From positions 194,928,001-194,992,000 of the forward strand of contig OZ024743.1 of assembly GCA_964016885.1 (NCBI GenBank): a stretch of DNA of 64,000 nt, written 5' to 3'. Position 1 is the first letter of the stretch. Each line of letters begins with the position of its first letter. The translations under genes and the position numbers were made by a program. This DNA comes from Eledone cirrhosa (Eukaryota). A model generated the notes under the pieces. The model searched no databases and had not been told where the DNA came from. It worked only from the letters and a program-made list of their open reading frames with translations. Below are positions 27,690 to 42,069 of the stretch, in pieces.

Positions 27690-28161
27690 ATTCGTTATCT
27701 TCAAATCAGTATTCGTGCCAACCATAACATATGGTCATGAATCTTGGGTGATGACCGAAAGTATAAAATCGCGAATACAAAGAGCCGAAATGGAGTTCCT
27801 CCGAAGGGTCGTCGAAGTAACGTTACTCCATAGAGCGCGTAACTCGGAGATCAGAGTCACTCCAAGTAGAGTTGCTACTTCTCCGAATTGGGAGATCACA
27901 GTTCTGATACTCTGGGCTTGTGGTTAGAATGTAGAAGGAAAGAATCGCTGGACAGATTTTATGGGCGAAACCAACCGGCAGAAGACCCTGGGGTAGACAC
28001 GGAGAAAAGTGTTTGGATAAAATCCATGTGTTTGGCGGGTTTCGCTTGGGGATCCAAGTGGAGACGACTGCTTCTGACAGGACTCGCTGGAAGGAATGTT
28101 TGAGAACTCTGCCACCACGACCCTCTCAGGAATACGTGGGCGAAGAAAAGAAGAAGAAGAA
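27690..28161 (+). mobile_element. RTE-clade LINE 3' fragment with (GAA)n tail
   Basis: VFVPTITYGHESWVMTE..IQRAEMEFLRRV..RNSEIR. Ends ccctctcaggaata.gtgggcgaagaaaagaagaagaa. The same 3' end recurs at ~34930-35045. Confidence 0.75.
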
Positions 28162-28719
28162 TATTCACTTCTTTATTCCATAGCTCGTCTCGGGCACAAT
28201 CTCGTGCATGTCTGTAACATACCGTCGTAAATATCCTCTGAATTATCATCAATGATAACCAGAGAAATATATTTCTTTGCAGAGGCAATTTTGCAATCTA
28301 TAGTATCCAAGCCTTTTCTACGATGGAACTTTTATCTTTATGTTTCTATAAGGTCTGTTACTGTAATATATGGTTCCTTGTTGGGGAAATGTTTACCTCA
28401 CAGGTCATGTACTATTTTTGTGATCTTTCTTATTCTGAGCACATTCTAACCTTTATAATATTGTAATCTAACCTCAAACAGTATATGCATTAAAATGTGG
28501 TCTTATATTAAAAACAAGCATGCATTTTGAATTGAATAATTTATCATGCTTCCATTTCTTCATCGTTTATTCGAGTGTTATTCGGCTCCCTTCTGTCTAG
28601 TTAACGATCTTCATTTAGCTTCGGGAAGTTATTTTCAATCATCATTTCCCTTTATAACAATTTATTTCCAAGAGATTTCTTATTCTGTAGAATATATATA
28701 TATATATACATATATTTAT

Positions 28720-28800
<81 letters not shown>

Positions 28801-28822
28801 TTTATATATATTTATATATATA

Positions 28823-28995
28823 TAGGAACAAGTAAGACCCCGACGGCTGAGCTCAAGCCGTTTCGACGGCTAATTCTGGACTGAGTCAAAATTTATTCTG
28901 GTATTTAAATAGTTCCTATTACCCACTCTACTACCCTAAGTATTGAGTACTTTGGTGCGTTATGGTCCACCTGGTTCCTTACCACATTTCCTTCG

Positions 28996-28997
<2 letters not shown>
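28823..28997 (+). mobile_element. Family A copy with 5' inversion
   Basis: Antisense taggaacaagtaagacccc..., then sense gttcctattaccc...ccttcgtt-(TA)n. Confidence 0.78.
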
Positions 28998-29055
<58 letters not shown>

Positions 29056-29091
29056 GTACATATATATATATATACACACATACACACACAC

Positions 29092-29123
<32 letters not shown>

Positions 29124-29254
29124 CAAGATAAGCAGAACAAGTAAAATTCAACCCATTTTTCAAAATAAATCAAAATTAATTTACAATTAAAATTAATCAA
29201 AATTAAAAAATATAATATAAATATTTACCTATTCGAGTGGCTCTTACTGTACAG

Positions 29255-29298
<44 letters not shown>

Positions 29299-29492
29299 TC
29301 AGGTTTGAGGTTCACCACTGTATAGAGCTGGTCTATTCCGTATGGTCAATCGTAATGCAATAATATAGAGAGTACTCAACGTAAAGCAGTTCAACCGTCT
29401 TTGTTTTTGTAGTTGGTGGTGCTATTACGGAGTTAAATATTATAATGAAATGACAGGAGGCTGGATTTGTGTAAATCCTTGAAAGGTTTATT

Positions 29493-29550
29493 ATACTATG
29501 ATTATTTCAATGACCGGGTTCCGTATGAATCCGGTGATATCATCAGGTAT
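29493..29550 (-). ncRNA. Hammerhead ribozyme motif (left-arm copy)
   Basis: Reverse complement reads atac-CTGATGA-..accggattc atacg gaacccggt..-GAAA-taatca-TA-gtat. Confidence 0.72.
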
Positions 29551-30421
29551 TCGAAATATAATACGTGAATGTAATAGGTAAAATCCATGGGGCTTAAAAT
29601 CGAGACCCGAGGGCGACCGCTATTCTGTTCCTTCAACCTCAGCCGGTCGCCCTGGAGTGACGTGGCTAAAGTTTATAGTATGCTACTACCGGTCAGATAA
29701 ACGAAAACAGAAAGGGATGGGAGCATAAGTTACCGTCGATCTCATGACACAAGGTAAAAGAAAGAAAAAAAGGAAGGAGAGAGACGGGGGAAGAAAGAAG
29801 AAGAGAAGCCAGGGTTAATGTCAGCTAAAAGAAGAAAGGCAACTACTACCGGTCAGATATAGGCAAGCAAGAGGGGGAAGGAAGATAAGTCTGCGGGGGG
29901 AAGACAGGAGGAGGGGAGAAGAGAAGGAAGGGAAGAGAGAAGTAGAAAAGTAAGGGATGATGGCTACAAGAAGGAAGATAGAAAGAAAGAGGAAGAAAGG
30001 TCGATATTAATGTCAGACCACAGCCAAGCCAGGAGTGGCGCGAGAAAATGTTCACAGGGACCCGCATCTTAGCAGAGGTGAATATATTGGGAGTCAGTGT
30101 GTTACAGTGTTTAGACTTCTAGGATGAAGTTAAAAAAATTAATAATCAATATTCAATATTAAAGAGGTTAGAAAATTTAAAGTTCAACAGTTTAACATTT
30201 AATTATATAATAGTTCCGATTTGTTCTGTAATTTAAAGGTACTATGTGGCGGTTAAATCACCGGCCGCGCCCCGGGCCCCATGGCGAATTAAGCTACGCC
30301 GAGTATTTTCATTTACTGAAAGAAGGGGAAATTTATTTTTCCAAGCACTCCAGGTGAGCCCGTTCGCCAGGGAGCTGGTCGCGCCGCCATTAAAACCCAC
30401 CCAACAGTCCGACAGAAAGTT

Positions 30422-31466
30422 GGAACTTTAAAATTTTGTTTAGAGAAGTAAAAGAGTAATGGTTGATAGCTACAAGAAGGAAGATAGAAAGAGAGAGTGG
30501 TGTGACTTTAAAATTTTGTTTAGAGAAGTAAAAGAGTAATGGTTGATAGCTACACGAAGGAAGATAGAAAGAGAGAGTGGTGGAACTTTAAAATTTTGTT
30601 TAGAGAAGTAAAAGAGTAATGGTTGATAGCTACAAGAAGGAAGATAGAAAGAGAGAGTGGTGTGACTTTAAAATTTTGTTTAGAGAAGTAAAAGTGTAAT
30701 GGTTGATAGCTACAAGAAGGAAGATAGAAAGAGAGAGTGGTGGAACTTTAAAATTTTGTTTAGAGAAGTAAAAGAGTAATGGTTGATAGCTACAAGAAGG
30801 AAGATAGAAAGAGAGAGTGGTGTGACTTTAAAATTTTGTTTAGAGAAGTAAAAGAGTAATGGTTGATAGCTACAAGAAGGAAGATAGAAAGAGAGAGTGG
30901 TGGAACTTTAAAATTTTGTTTAGAGAAGTAAAAGAGTAATGGTTGATAGCTACAAGAAGGAAGATAGAAAGAGAGAGTGGTGTGACTTTAAAAATTTGTT
31001 TAGAGAAGTAAAAGTGTAATGGTTGATAGCTACAAGAAGGAAGATAGAAAGAGAGAGTGGTGGAACTTTAAAATTTTGTTTAGAGAAGTAAAAGAGTAAT
31101 GGTTGATAGCTACAAGAAGGAAGATAGAAAGAGAGAGTGGTGTGACTTTAAAATTTTGTTTAGAGAAGTAAAAGAGTAATGGTTGATAGCTACAAGAAGG
31201 AAGATAGAAAGAGAGAGTGGTGGAACTTTAAAATGTTGTTTAGAGAAGTAAAAGAGTAATGGTTGATAGCTACAAGAAGGAAGATAGAAAGAGAGAGTGG
31301 TGTGACTTTAAAATTTTGTTTAGAGAAGTAAAAGAGTAATGGTTGATAGCTACAAGAAGGAAGATAGAAAGAGAGAGTGGTGGAACTTTAAAATTTTGTT
31401 TAGAGAAGTAAAAGATTAATGGTTGATAGCTACAAGAAGGATGATAGTAAGAGAGAGTGGTGTGAC
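30422..31466. repeat. Tandem array of 13 x 80-bp units with strict 160-bp dimer periodicity
   Basis: Unit heads alternate ggaac (30422, 30582...31382) and gtgac (30502, 30662...31462). Confidence 0.95.
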
Positions 31467-32436
31467 ATTAATATCGACCTTCCTTCCTCTCTCTTTCTAT
31501 CTTCCTTTTTGTAGCTATCAACCATTACTCTTTTACTTCTCTAAACAAAATTTTAAAGTTCCAACTTTCTGTCGGACTGTTGGGTGGGTTTTAATGGCGG
31601 CGCGACCAGCTCCCTGGCGAACGAGCTCACCTGGAGTACTTGGAAAAATAAATTTCCCCTTCTTTCAGTAAATGAAAATACTCGGCGTAGCTTAATTCGC
31701 CATGGGGCCCGGGGCGCGGCCGGTTATTTAACCGCCACTTAGTACCTTTAAATTACAGAACAAATCGGAACTATTATATAATTAAATGTTAAACTGTTGA
31801 ACTTTAAATTTTCTAACCTCTTTAATATTGAATATTGATTATTAATTTTTTTAACTTCATCCTAGAAGTCTAAACACTGTAACACACTGACTCCCAATAT
31901 ATTCACCTCTGGTAAGATGCGGGTGCCTGTGAACATTTTCTCGCGCCACTCCTGGCTTGACTGTGGTCTGACATTAATATCGACCTTTCTTCCTCTTTCT
32001 TTCTATCTTCCTTCTTGTAGCCATCAACCCTTACTTTTCTACTTCTCTCTTCCCTTCCTTCTCTTCTCCCCTCCTCCTGTCTTCCTCCCGCAGACTTATC
32101 TTCCTTCCCCCTCTTGCTTGCCTATATCTGACCGGTAGTAGTTGCCTTTCTTCTTTTAGCTGACATTAACCCTGGCTTCTCTTCTTCTTTCTTCCCCCTT
32201 CTTCTCTCTCCTTCCTTTTTTACTTTCTTTTACCTTGTGTCATGAGATCGACGTTAACTTATGCTCCCATCCCTTTCTGTTTTCGTTTATCTGACCGGTA
32301 GTAGCATACTATAAACTTTAGCCACGTCACTCCAGGGCGACCGGCTGAGGTTGAAGGAACATAATAGCGGTCGCCCTCGGGTCTCGATTTTAAGCCCCAT
32401 GGATTTTACCTATTACATTCACGTATTATATTTCGA

Positions 32437-32494
32437 ATACCTGATGATATCACCGGATTCATACGGAACCCGGTCATTGAAATGATCATAGTAT
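32437..32494 (+). ncRNA. Canonical-core hammerhead ribozyme motif (right-arm copy)
   Basis: atac-CTGATGA-tatcaccggattc atacg gaacccggtcatt-GAAA-tgatca-TA-gtat. Confidence 0.8.
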
Positions 32495-32545
32495 AATAAA
32501 CCTTTCAAGGATTTACACAAATCCATCCTCCTGTCATTTCTTTAT

Positions 32546-32589
<44 letters not shown>

Positions 32590-33439
32590 GGTGTGTGTGC
32601 GTTTCACAAGAAAAAACTACAAAGGATTGTAGGTAGAAATATAAAATAATGTAAAATGGTATATAAATGATGAGGGGAGAGCTGAAAAAAACAAGAAAAC
32701 CATACATTTCTCCCATCAGAAAAATCCTCACATTGTCAATTAACCTGATTTGATAAACAGTGGTGGAGAAGATGTAACAGCAACACCTTGACAAATATAT
32801 ATTCTGTCATCACCAAATGCAATATTCATTAAAATGATTATTTGGTGATTATGCTAAAGAATACTTATACCCGTAAATATCAGCTCTACATGAAATAAAA
32901 TATAGGATCAACTAAAACCATTGGAAGCCTTGCTGCAGTATGTCCAGTGAGTGAAACCAGTAAAAAGAGAAGAGTAAAGTTGTATACCATGACTAGGATA
33001 TATACGAAGATTAATCATATATTATTTATTTAAAAAATCCTGGAGACTCGTATAAGCGTTTATCTCGAACATTTTTCTGAGAATACACTGTCGTATAACG
33101 AGAATTTCAATATAAGATGACTGAATAGATATCTTGAGATTCTTTTTCCTAAATATTGTTTAGTATTTATAATATGCAGACATTAGCAATATAACATCAC
33201 ACAGTATGTCAGCTGTTAATATTTGTATCTTTGCAGTACTGATAAATAGCAATAGCTAGTGAAAAGGTGATGGTATATATGACCCCGAAATTCTTGATGG
33301 GGGCTTAGGAGTGGCGTCTTGGTAACTGGACACCTGGCAGAGCCCATCCCTTTCCAGGTCGGACCACAACCAATTGTTTCCTTGAAAACGACAGGAGAGT
33401 GACAGAGAGGAAGCGAGAAAGATGTATAGAAATATATAT

Positions 33440-33580
33440 AGAGGTATAGCCGGTACTTTTTTATCGGCATTGAAAAAATGAAAGTCAAGGTTAACAACAG
33501 TGGGATTTGAACTCAGAGCGCAGGAAGCCTGAATGGATTTTGTCAAGCATTCTTTCTGACGGTCAAATTACTCTGCCTAT
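33440..33580 (-). mobile_element. Degraded SINE family 1 copy
   Basis: ggtactttttttatcgg..atgaaagtcaaggttaac..gggatttgaactcag. Confidence 0.6.
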
Positions 33581-36502
33581 TAGGAACGTAAAACTGCACA
33601 AAAGTACTAAGAAAATATACCCATCTAACCAACATCTTTATTAGCCGTTAAGAAGCGTAAGGAATTGTTAACTTTAATAATTAGCCCAACCCTTAGTCCT
33701 GATCTAGAGGATCCATAAGTAAAACTATTCCAGCTAGGATCATCCCGTCTTTTTTACACATGTGCAAGGAATCCAGTATCGCAGTGACCAATATGCCCCC
33801 TTCTCTAAGACGGTAACATGTTGTTTGAGAAAAATTTGGCTGCTAGTCCTAATAGATCGAGCAGCCACGAAGGTGATCGCTCGTTCGTTGCGGGCAGACT
33901 GATAAACAACGATAAGACATTTCCTATTCTTCTTCGTCTTCATATTATTCATATTCTTCGTTGTCTTCGTCTTCATTTTTCTTCTTCAGCAGTACTAGCA
34001 GTAGTACACTTAGTACCATTGGTAATAGTTGTGGTAGTTATAGTAGTAAGAGATTTTAACAGAAAGATACTTATTTCTAGAATAGAAAAAAAAAAGATTA
34101 TTTTCTCATTTTCATTTCTTGTAAAGAAAATAAAAAGAAATTTTAAAATAATACATTTAATGTAACATTCCTCAGTTATGTTTTAAATGTAACTGTTGTT
34201 GAAAGTGATGACGTCATTATTAATAAATGTATCGTTTCTAATATTGATGACATTTCTATAAATGCTGTTGTTAGAATTGTTCTATTTTCTTGATTAGAGT
34301 ATTGCGGTTTTCATTACTGTTGCATTTGTTGTTATTCATGATGATGATGATGATGATGGGGATGTTGATGATGAAAATTAAATTTATAAGTATTCCATTG
34401 CTTTATTACATACGTTTTTACTAGTCTACAGATGTTCACTCATATTTACATTAATTTTTCATAATTACCGAATAAATGGTAATCGACTCAAACCTCTCCG
34501 TCTTATGTCACGAAATTTACATGAAATTCATACAGTTTTTAAAAATAATCTATAAAAAGTGAATGTTAAACTATAATAACAATAAAAACGAAGAGACGTC
34601 ATAATGTCTAGCACATGGAACACAGTTGGACAGGAAAAGCAATCAAAGATCTCGTGATTCTTGTTTAATCTTAAAAACTTAACAATTCACAAATAATATA
34701 TTTATATTAATATTAAGAGAAAATCTTTCTTTACATTTTTATATTTAATATTTGAAATAGTTCAGTAACTGCTGGTCAGGTAAATTATATTATATTAACA
34801 TGAGAATCGTTAATAAGTTGTATTAATATAAATTAAATATTCTTATTTTTTTGCTATTTTAATTTTATAAAATAAGATCAGTTCTCTCTTAAAAATGATA
34901 AACTTTGAAAGACCGTACCAATAATATTGGTCTGGATGCAGTGTTTGAGGACTCTATCCCCACTACCCTCTCAGGAATAAGTGGGCGAAGAAGAACAAGA
35001 ACAAGAAGAAGAAGAACAACAAGACGAAGAAGCAGAAGAAGAAGAGTTATATGTATTCCCTTTTCTATGTTATGATTAAAAAATGCATGTTATTTTACTC
35101 ATTGTGCCATAAAATATATCAAATGAAATTTCACATTTTGTCCACGCGATCGGAAAGCAGTCATACAGAATATATGAAGGCAGGAAGGATGGCGTTTACA
35201 TATTTGAGGATAGAAACTTGAATATTATTATATTTAGGGAGGGTCATGTCCTAATATTGACCCAAAGTAATAAAACACACTCGCTGCTTTGTTCGGTTTT
35301 CGTTTCAATGAATTTATATAAATAATTTAGCTGCCACTCAATGTTTATCATTGACTGACTAACAGTTAAAAATATATAACTATAAATAAATTATGCCAAA
35401 CTTAAATATCATTTTTAGAATAATGCGCTATGTCATTTGGTGATATTGGTGCGTAAGGTTAATCTTCAAACATGCGCTAACATGAGATGCAGCTAATCTG
35501 ATATGACAATAAACATGTATTAGACAACATGATCAATTTTTTTAAAAATAATTAAACAAACGTATAATCATATCTTACATTAAGTTATTCAGACACTTAG
35601 TCATACGGCACTCGCATCTTGTTCAATACACTTAGTCAATGTATGACTATTGTCTGCAAGTGATTCAGAGAACCATCTTATTAGATTTTAGCCATAAAAA
35701 ATGTTATTTCTGCTGTGATATCAGAAAAATCAATAACAAGATAACACAATATAAATGTATGTATGATTGATATTAAGTAAATTTTACTAACTGCTGTGAT
35801 TGCAGAGAGCTATCCCACTCCAATTTATCACCGAAGGTTAAATATTTTATCATCCCAATGAATCAGGTTACTATCTGCTTAATATATTATTTATTCTTAG
35901 TTTCTTACAAACTACCATGAACAGCTAAAGTTTCATGAAAGACGAAAATCCCATTCTAAATATTCTTTTCTGAAGAAAAAGAAACAAACGACAAACAGAA
36001 CAAGAAGCACCCCCGCCCCCACCACGACCCCAAAAAGAATAAAAAAAGAGAAACATAATTTTTGTCCCTTTAAGTGAATGCATGCGTATTTAATTTATCA
36101 AATTATAGTCCATGCCGCAACAGGGTATGGTTGTGGTCGGTTAGAATATTTTCTACTGTATTGGTTGATTTAATCCACTTACCCAGATGTATTAGCAAAT
36201 ATGATTACTTGAAATGCTAGAAATAGCAGCGAAATCTCCATAAAATTAAAACAACTTTAAAAGCAACCTACTTTGGAAAATGAATTTCCTAAACATTCTT
36301 CAAATGTTCAGAAATTAAGAGTTTTCGATCATTGGTCTACTCGATCAGGTTTGACTTACTCTAAACAACAAATGCTGAAAGTGACACAATACAGGTAAAG
36401 GGGTCAGACACATACACATACACACAAATGACGCAAAACATAATGTCCGATGCTCTAACGATACTTCCAATCCACCACTTTTACATCCTTCACTTGTAAG
36501 TA

Positions 36503-37187
36503 ATGGTTTCTGATTTAGGCATAAGGGCAACAGTTTTATTGGGAGGGAAAGTGGATTAAATCGAGTCCAGTACGTTACTTGTACTTTATTTTATCGACTA
36601 CGATTAAAGGCAAAGCTAACCTCGGCAGGATTTGAAATCAAAACGCAAAATTAAAATGCCGTGAAGCATGCTGTCCGATGCTCTACCGATACTGCCAATT
36701 CACAGCCCTTATAAATAGGGGTTTCTCAGATAGGCATAAGGCCAGGAATTTTGGGGAGGGGAAAGTAGATTAAATCGACCCCAATGCGTGACGGGTACTT
36801 TACTTCATCGACCCCGTACGGATGAAAGACAAAGTTAACCTCGGCGGGATTTGAACTCAGATCATAAAGGACCTGGTGTCCGACCCTTTACCGATAGTGC
36901 GAATGCACCACGCTACAACCTTTATAAATAATGGTTTCTCATATAGGCACAAGGCCAGTAATTTGAGGGGAAGGGAAAGTCGATTAAATCGACCCCAGGG
37001 CGTGACTGGTACTTTATTTTATCGACCCCATAAGGATGAAAGGCAAAGTTAACCTCGGCGGGATTTGAGCTCAGATCATAAAGAGCCGTAACTCTATGCT
37101 GCAAAGCATGGCGTCCGACCCTCTTCCGATACTGCCAATCCACCGCCTTACAACCTTTATAAATAATGATTTCTTATTTAGGCACAT
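36503..37187 (-). mobile_element. Tandem cluster of three SINE family 1 copies plus a partial fourth
   Basis: Repeated ttatcgacc..gatgaaag.caaagttaacctcggcgggatttga.ctcag cores at ~36590, ~36805 and ~37020. Confidence 0.82.
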
Positions 37188-37237
37188 GGCGTGAAGAAAG
37201 AGGAGAAGAGCGAGAGAGAAAGAGTGAGAGTGAGAGT

Positions 37238-37321
<84 letters not shown>

Positions 37322-37906
37322 GTTATTAACAGACACGCCGAAATAAAAAGATAAATATGTGCATCTGTAACCATATGGAAGTGAATGTATATAATGTACA
37401 TAAATATGCTGATTGTGTTTCTATTTCTATTAATGTATAGAAGCGTATGTATATAATCAGCCTTTGCATGTATATTTCTGCATTTATTTAGGCATGTTCA
37501 CATGGAAATGAAATCCATGTCTTTTATCACTAAATTTTCTCACAATTCTAAGTTTCCACTCTATGACATTTAAAACTTTACACCAACTTAATAACTTTTC
37601 TTGTTATCTGTGACGTTTTTTCCCCCTTTTAGTCTTGTTAGAATCGACGCTTGATATAATGAAAGGAAATTAATTCCCATGCAGCAATATTTTATTAATT
37701 CTCTGCTTTGTTCTTGTAGCTTAAACGACTCTAAAAATATAAGTGGTCCCAAACAAGTGCTTTCGTATTGGACGCATAGAATTATTTAGTGGAGCGAAAA
37801 TCGCGAATAAAGAACGAGCAATCAATAGCGCATAGTCTAAAAGAGTGTGTAATTACAAATATTTGATTTAATAGTTTGATACTGTCTTGTAATTTTTAAA
37901 ACACAC

Positions 37907-37942
<36 letters not shown>

Positions 37943-38340
37943 ATATGTGTGTCTGAGTAAGAAAATAAATGAATTTAGATTATATTCAAAATGAGTGATG
38001 GAGCTTTTGATATAGACTTTTTCTATATCCTTTCTTAACATACGCTTCCTTCTTCCTTCGTAATTTCCCGGGAGAATAGATTGAAACCATTCAGGCTAAA
38101 TTAACGGTTGTATTACATTCTTGAAATTTATGATACTAATCGAATATTTAGCATAGTTAGAGCTGCACGATGATCGAAGCTATATCACCCCGGGAAGAAA
38201 CTAGTAGAATTCTAACTACGTAGTAACTCGTTTAGTGCGGGAAAATGTTGATATGTGTAACACAGAAAACGTGCTTATATATGATCAAACTGTATTCATG
38301 AAAAATAAAGACGCATAATGTAGCTTTTCATGTTTCGCAT

Positions 38341-38556
38341 ATAATTATTTCTACTATAGGCACAAGACGAACATTTTTTTTGTGGGGGGGAGGGGAGTCG
38401 ATATTATCGACCCAAGTGCTTTATTCTATTGACACCGTAAGAATGGTTGGCTAAGCTAACCTCGGCGGGATTTAAACTCAGATAGTAAGGGGACGTAACT
38501 CTATGCTGCAAAGTACGGTGTTCGACGCTTTACCGATATAGCCCATTTCCCGCCTT
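38341..38556 (-). mobile_element. SINE family 1 copy
   Basis: Tail, core and head motifs recognisable. Confidence 0.7.
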
Positions 38557-38902
38557 ATATATACCGTAGATAATCTAAATCATTTCCGTCTCATATGTGT
38601 TTCCCCATACCATTAATAATTTAATTTTTTTCATATAAGGTGCGTCAAGTGAGTTTTGTAATCAAAAACTTACAGTTCCCAGTACGATTCAATTTTGTTT
38701 GGCAATAAATAAATCGCAGTGATAAACGTGATCAGTTGTGGGCATAAGGGGAGAAAATACAATGATTTTCTCATAGACAATTATATATTGGTTGTACAAG
38801 AAATGTATGCTTTCCAGTTCGTACATGTTTTGGAAAAAATAACTCTAATTTTATTTTAAGGATATTCTCTCTTTTTCTCTTTCTCAATCCCTCTCTCTCT
38901 CT

Positions 38903-38938
<36 letters not shown>

Positions 38939-39143
38939 CATACGAGTAGTGTACTGAATATGTCTCGCTCAATCGCTGCAACAAAAGCCTGGTTGGAATT
39001 CCATATTCCTAGTTCAGTTTAGATGGCTTAGAAAACCGGAAACATTGCTACAATAATTGTATGAATCTGAGAGGGGAATATGTTGAATAAAATCATAATT
39101 AACTCATCGTCCTGGAACTTTTCAGCACTTTCACGTATATACA

Positions 39144-39191
<48 letters not shown>

Positions 39192-39355
39192 GTGTAAATA
39201 TATATATATGTATATATAGATGGAAAAGAGTGAAACGTAAATTGATTTCTCACTCTTAGTACGGCTGATACTTAAATGTAAGTATGACTGTATACGTACA
39301 TACATATATGTATAGAGACGTACAGTAGTTAGTATATATATACGTACATGCATAC

Positions 39356-39418
<63 letters not shown>

Positions 39419-39542
39419 GGTACAGGTTTACCGAACATTTATTATAATGTTCGGGTTGGTTGTAAACAAAAAAACAGCCCGAATTACGCCGTACAGTGTT
39501 CAGCCAACAATCGTCGCCTTCTAGTTCAACACTAACACAGGA

Positions 39543-39585
39543 ACGATGTACTAGTTTCAAGCTTATTAGCTCTCGTCAGCATCGT
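39543..39585 (-). ncRNA. Minimal type I hammerhead ribozyme (intact array copy)
   Basis: Minus strand: acgatg-CTGACGA-g agct aata agct t-GAAA-ctag-TA-catcgt. Confidence 0.88.
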
Positions 39586-40684
39586 ATACCTTCCTGCCAG
39601 ATGATTGAACGTCTGAAAGTATATACATTCTTTATGCATATTAACGGCTGAGCAGCCAAATTTGCATATCGAATGAGTTAGTCGGCCGGGCGCACCGGAT
39701 ACGATAAATGGAAAAGAATGAAACGAAATTTCATTTCTCACTCTTAGTACGTCTGACACTTAAATGTAAGTATGTATGTATACAGACGTACAGCAATATG
39801 TATATATATATATATACATACATGCACACATATATATATGTACGTATGGGTTTACTGAACATTTATTATAATGTTCGGATTGCATGTAAACAAACAAACA
39901 GCCCGAATTACACCGTACAGTGTTCAGGCAATCATCGTCGCCTTTTTGTTCAACACTAACACAGGAACGATGTACTAGTTTCAAGCTTATTAGCTATCGT
40001 CTGCATCGAATAGCTTCCTGCCAGATGATTGAACGTATGTAAGTATATACTTTCCTTATGCATATTAACGGCTGAGCAGCCTAATTTGCATATCGAGTGA
40101 GTTAGTCGGCCGAGCGCACCGAAATCAATAAATGGAAAAGAATGAAACGAAATTTCATTTCTCACTCTTAGTACGTCTGACAATTAAATGTAAGTATGCA
40201 CGTATACAGACGTACAGCAATATGTATATATATACATACATGCACACACATATATATATATAGTCGTATGGGTTTACTGAACATTTATTATAATGTTCGG
40301 ATTGATTGTAAACAAACAAACAGCCCGAATTACACCGTACAGTGTTCAGGCAACCATCGTCGCCTATTTGTTCAACACTAACACTGGAACTATGTACTAG
40401 TTTCAAGCTTATTAGTTATCGTCTCCATCGAATAGCTTCCTGCCAGATGATTGAACGTCTGAAAGTATATACTTTCCTTATGCATATTAATGGCTGAGCA
40501 GCCAAATTTGCATAACGAGTGAGTTAGTCGGCCGGGCGCACCGAAAACGATAGATGGAAAAGAATGAAACGAAATTTCATTTCTCACTCTTAGTTCGGCT
40601 GATACTTAAAGGTAAGTATGTATTTATATGTACATACATATATGTATACAGACGTACAGTAGTATGTATATATATACATACATG

Positions 40685-40766
<82 letters not shown>

Positions 40767-41322
40767 GGTTTACCGAACATTTATTATAATGTTCGGTTTG
40801 TTTGTAAACAAACAAAGAGCCCGAATTAGCCCTTACATTGTTCAAGCAACCATCTTCGCCTTTTTGTTCAACACTGACACAGGAACGATGTAATAGTTTC
40901 AAGCTAATTAGCTATCGTCAGCATCGTATACCTTCCTGCCACATGATTTAACGTCTGAAAGTATATACTTTCTTTATGCATATTAATGGCTGAGCAGCCA
41001 AATTTGCATATCTAGTGAGTTAGTCGGCCGGGCGCACCGAAAACGATAGATGGAAAAGAATGAAACGAAATTTCATCTCTCACTCTTCATACGGCAGATA
41101 CTTAAATGTAAGTATGTATCTATACGTACATAGATATATGTATACAGACGTACAGTAATATGTATATATATACATACATGCACACATATATATATGTACG
41201 TATGGGTTTACCGAACATTTATTATAATGTTCGGGTTGGTTGTAAACGAACCAACAGCCCGAATTACACCGTACAGTGTTCAGGCAATCATCGTCGTCTT
41301 TTTGTTCAACACTGACACAGGA

Positions 41323-41365
41323 ACGATGTACTAGTTTCAAGCTTATTAGCTATCGTCAGCATCGT
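41323..41365 (-). ncRNA. Minimal type I hammerhead ribozyme (intact array copy)
   Basis: Minus strand: acgatg-CTGACGA-t agct aata agct t-GAAA-ctag-TA-catcgt. Confidence 0.88.
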
Positions 41366-42022
41366 ATACCTTCCTGCTAGATGATTGAACGTCTGAAAGT
41401 ATATACTTTCCTTATGCATATTAAAGGCTGAGCAGCCTAATTTGCATATCGAGTGAGTTAGTCGGCCGGGCGCAGGGAAATGATAAATGAAAAAGAATGA
41501 AACGAAATTTCTCACTCTTAGTACGTCTGACACTTAAATGTAAGTATGTATGTATACATACATACAGTAATATGTATATATATATACATACATGCACACA
41601 TATATATATGTACGTATGAATTTACTGAACATTTATTATAATGTTCGTTTTGATTGTAAACAAGCAAACAGCCCGAATTACACCGTACAGTGTTCAGGCA
41701 ATCATCGTCGTCTTTTTGTTCAACACTAACACTGGAACGATGTACTAGTTTCAAGCTATAGTCTGTATCGTATAGCTTCCTGCCAGATGATTGAACGTAT
41801 GTATGTATATACTTTCCTTGTGTATATTAACGGCTTAGCAGCATAATTTGCATATCTAGTGGGTTAGTCGGCCGGGCGCACCGGAGACGATAAATGAAAA
41901 AGAGTGAAACGAAATTTCATTTCTCACTCTTAGTACGGCTGATACTTAAATGTAAGTATGAATGTATACGTGCATACATATATGTATACAGAGGTACAGT
42001 AGTATGTATATATATACATAGA

Positions 42023-42069
<47 letters not shown>

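Larger units (their letters stand above)
29297..32549 (-). mobile_element. Large non-coding PLE-like fold-back element (~1.05-kb inverted arms enclosing a tandem array)
   Basis: ~29441-30497 is an inverted repeat of ~31485-32549 with scattered mismatches. Unique tail 29297-29440. TA-flanked. Confidence 0.85.

Noticed and set aside
30422-31466. Regular repeat array resembling CRISPR
   Set aside because: No unique spacers, no cas genes, and eukaryotic context.
39598-39630. Plus-strand HHR-like string cagatga..GAAA-gtatatac-tt in array units (would imply ribozymes on both polarities)
   Set aside because: No helix I pairing and a poor helix II. It is explained by the palindrome aaagtatatacttt.
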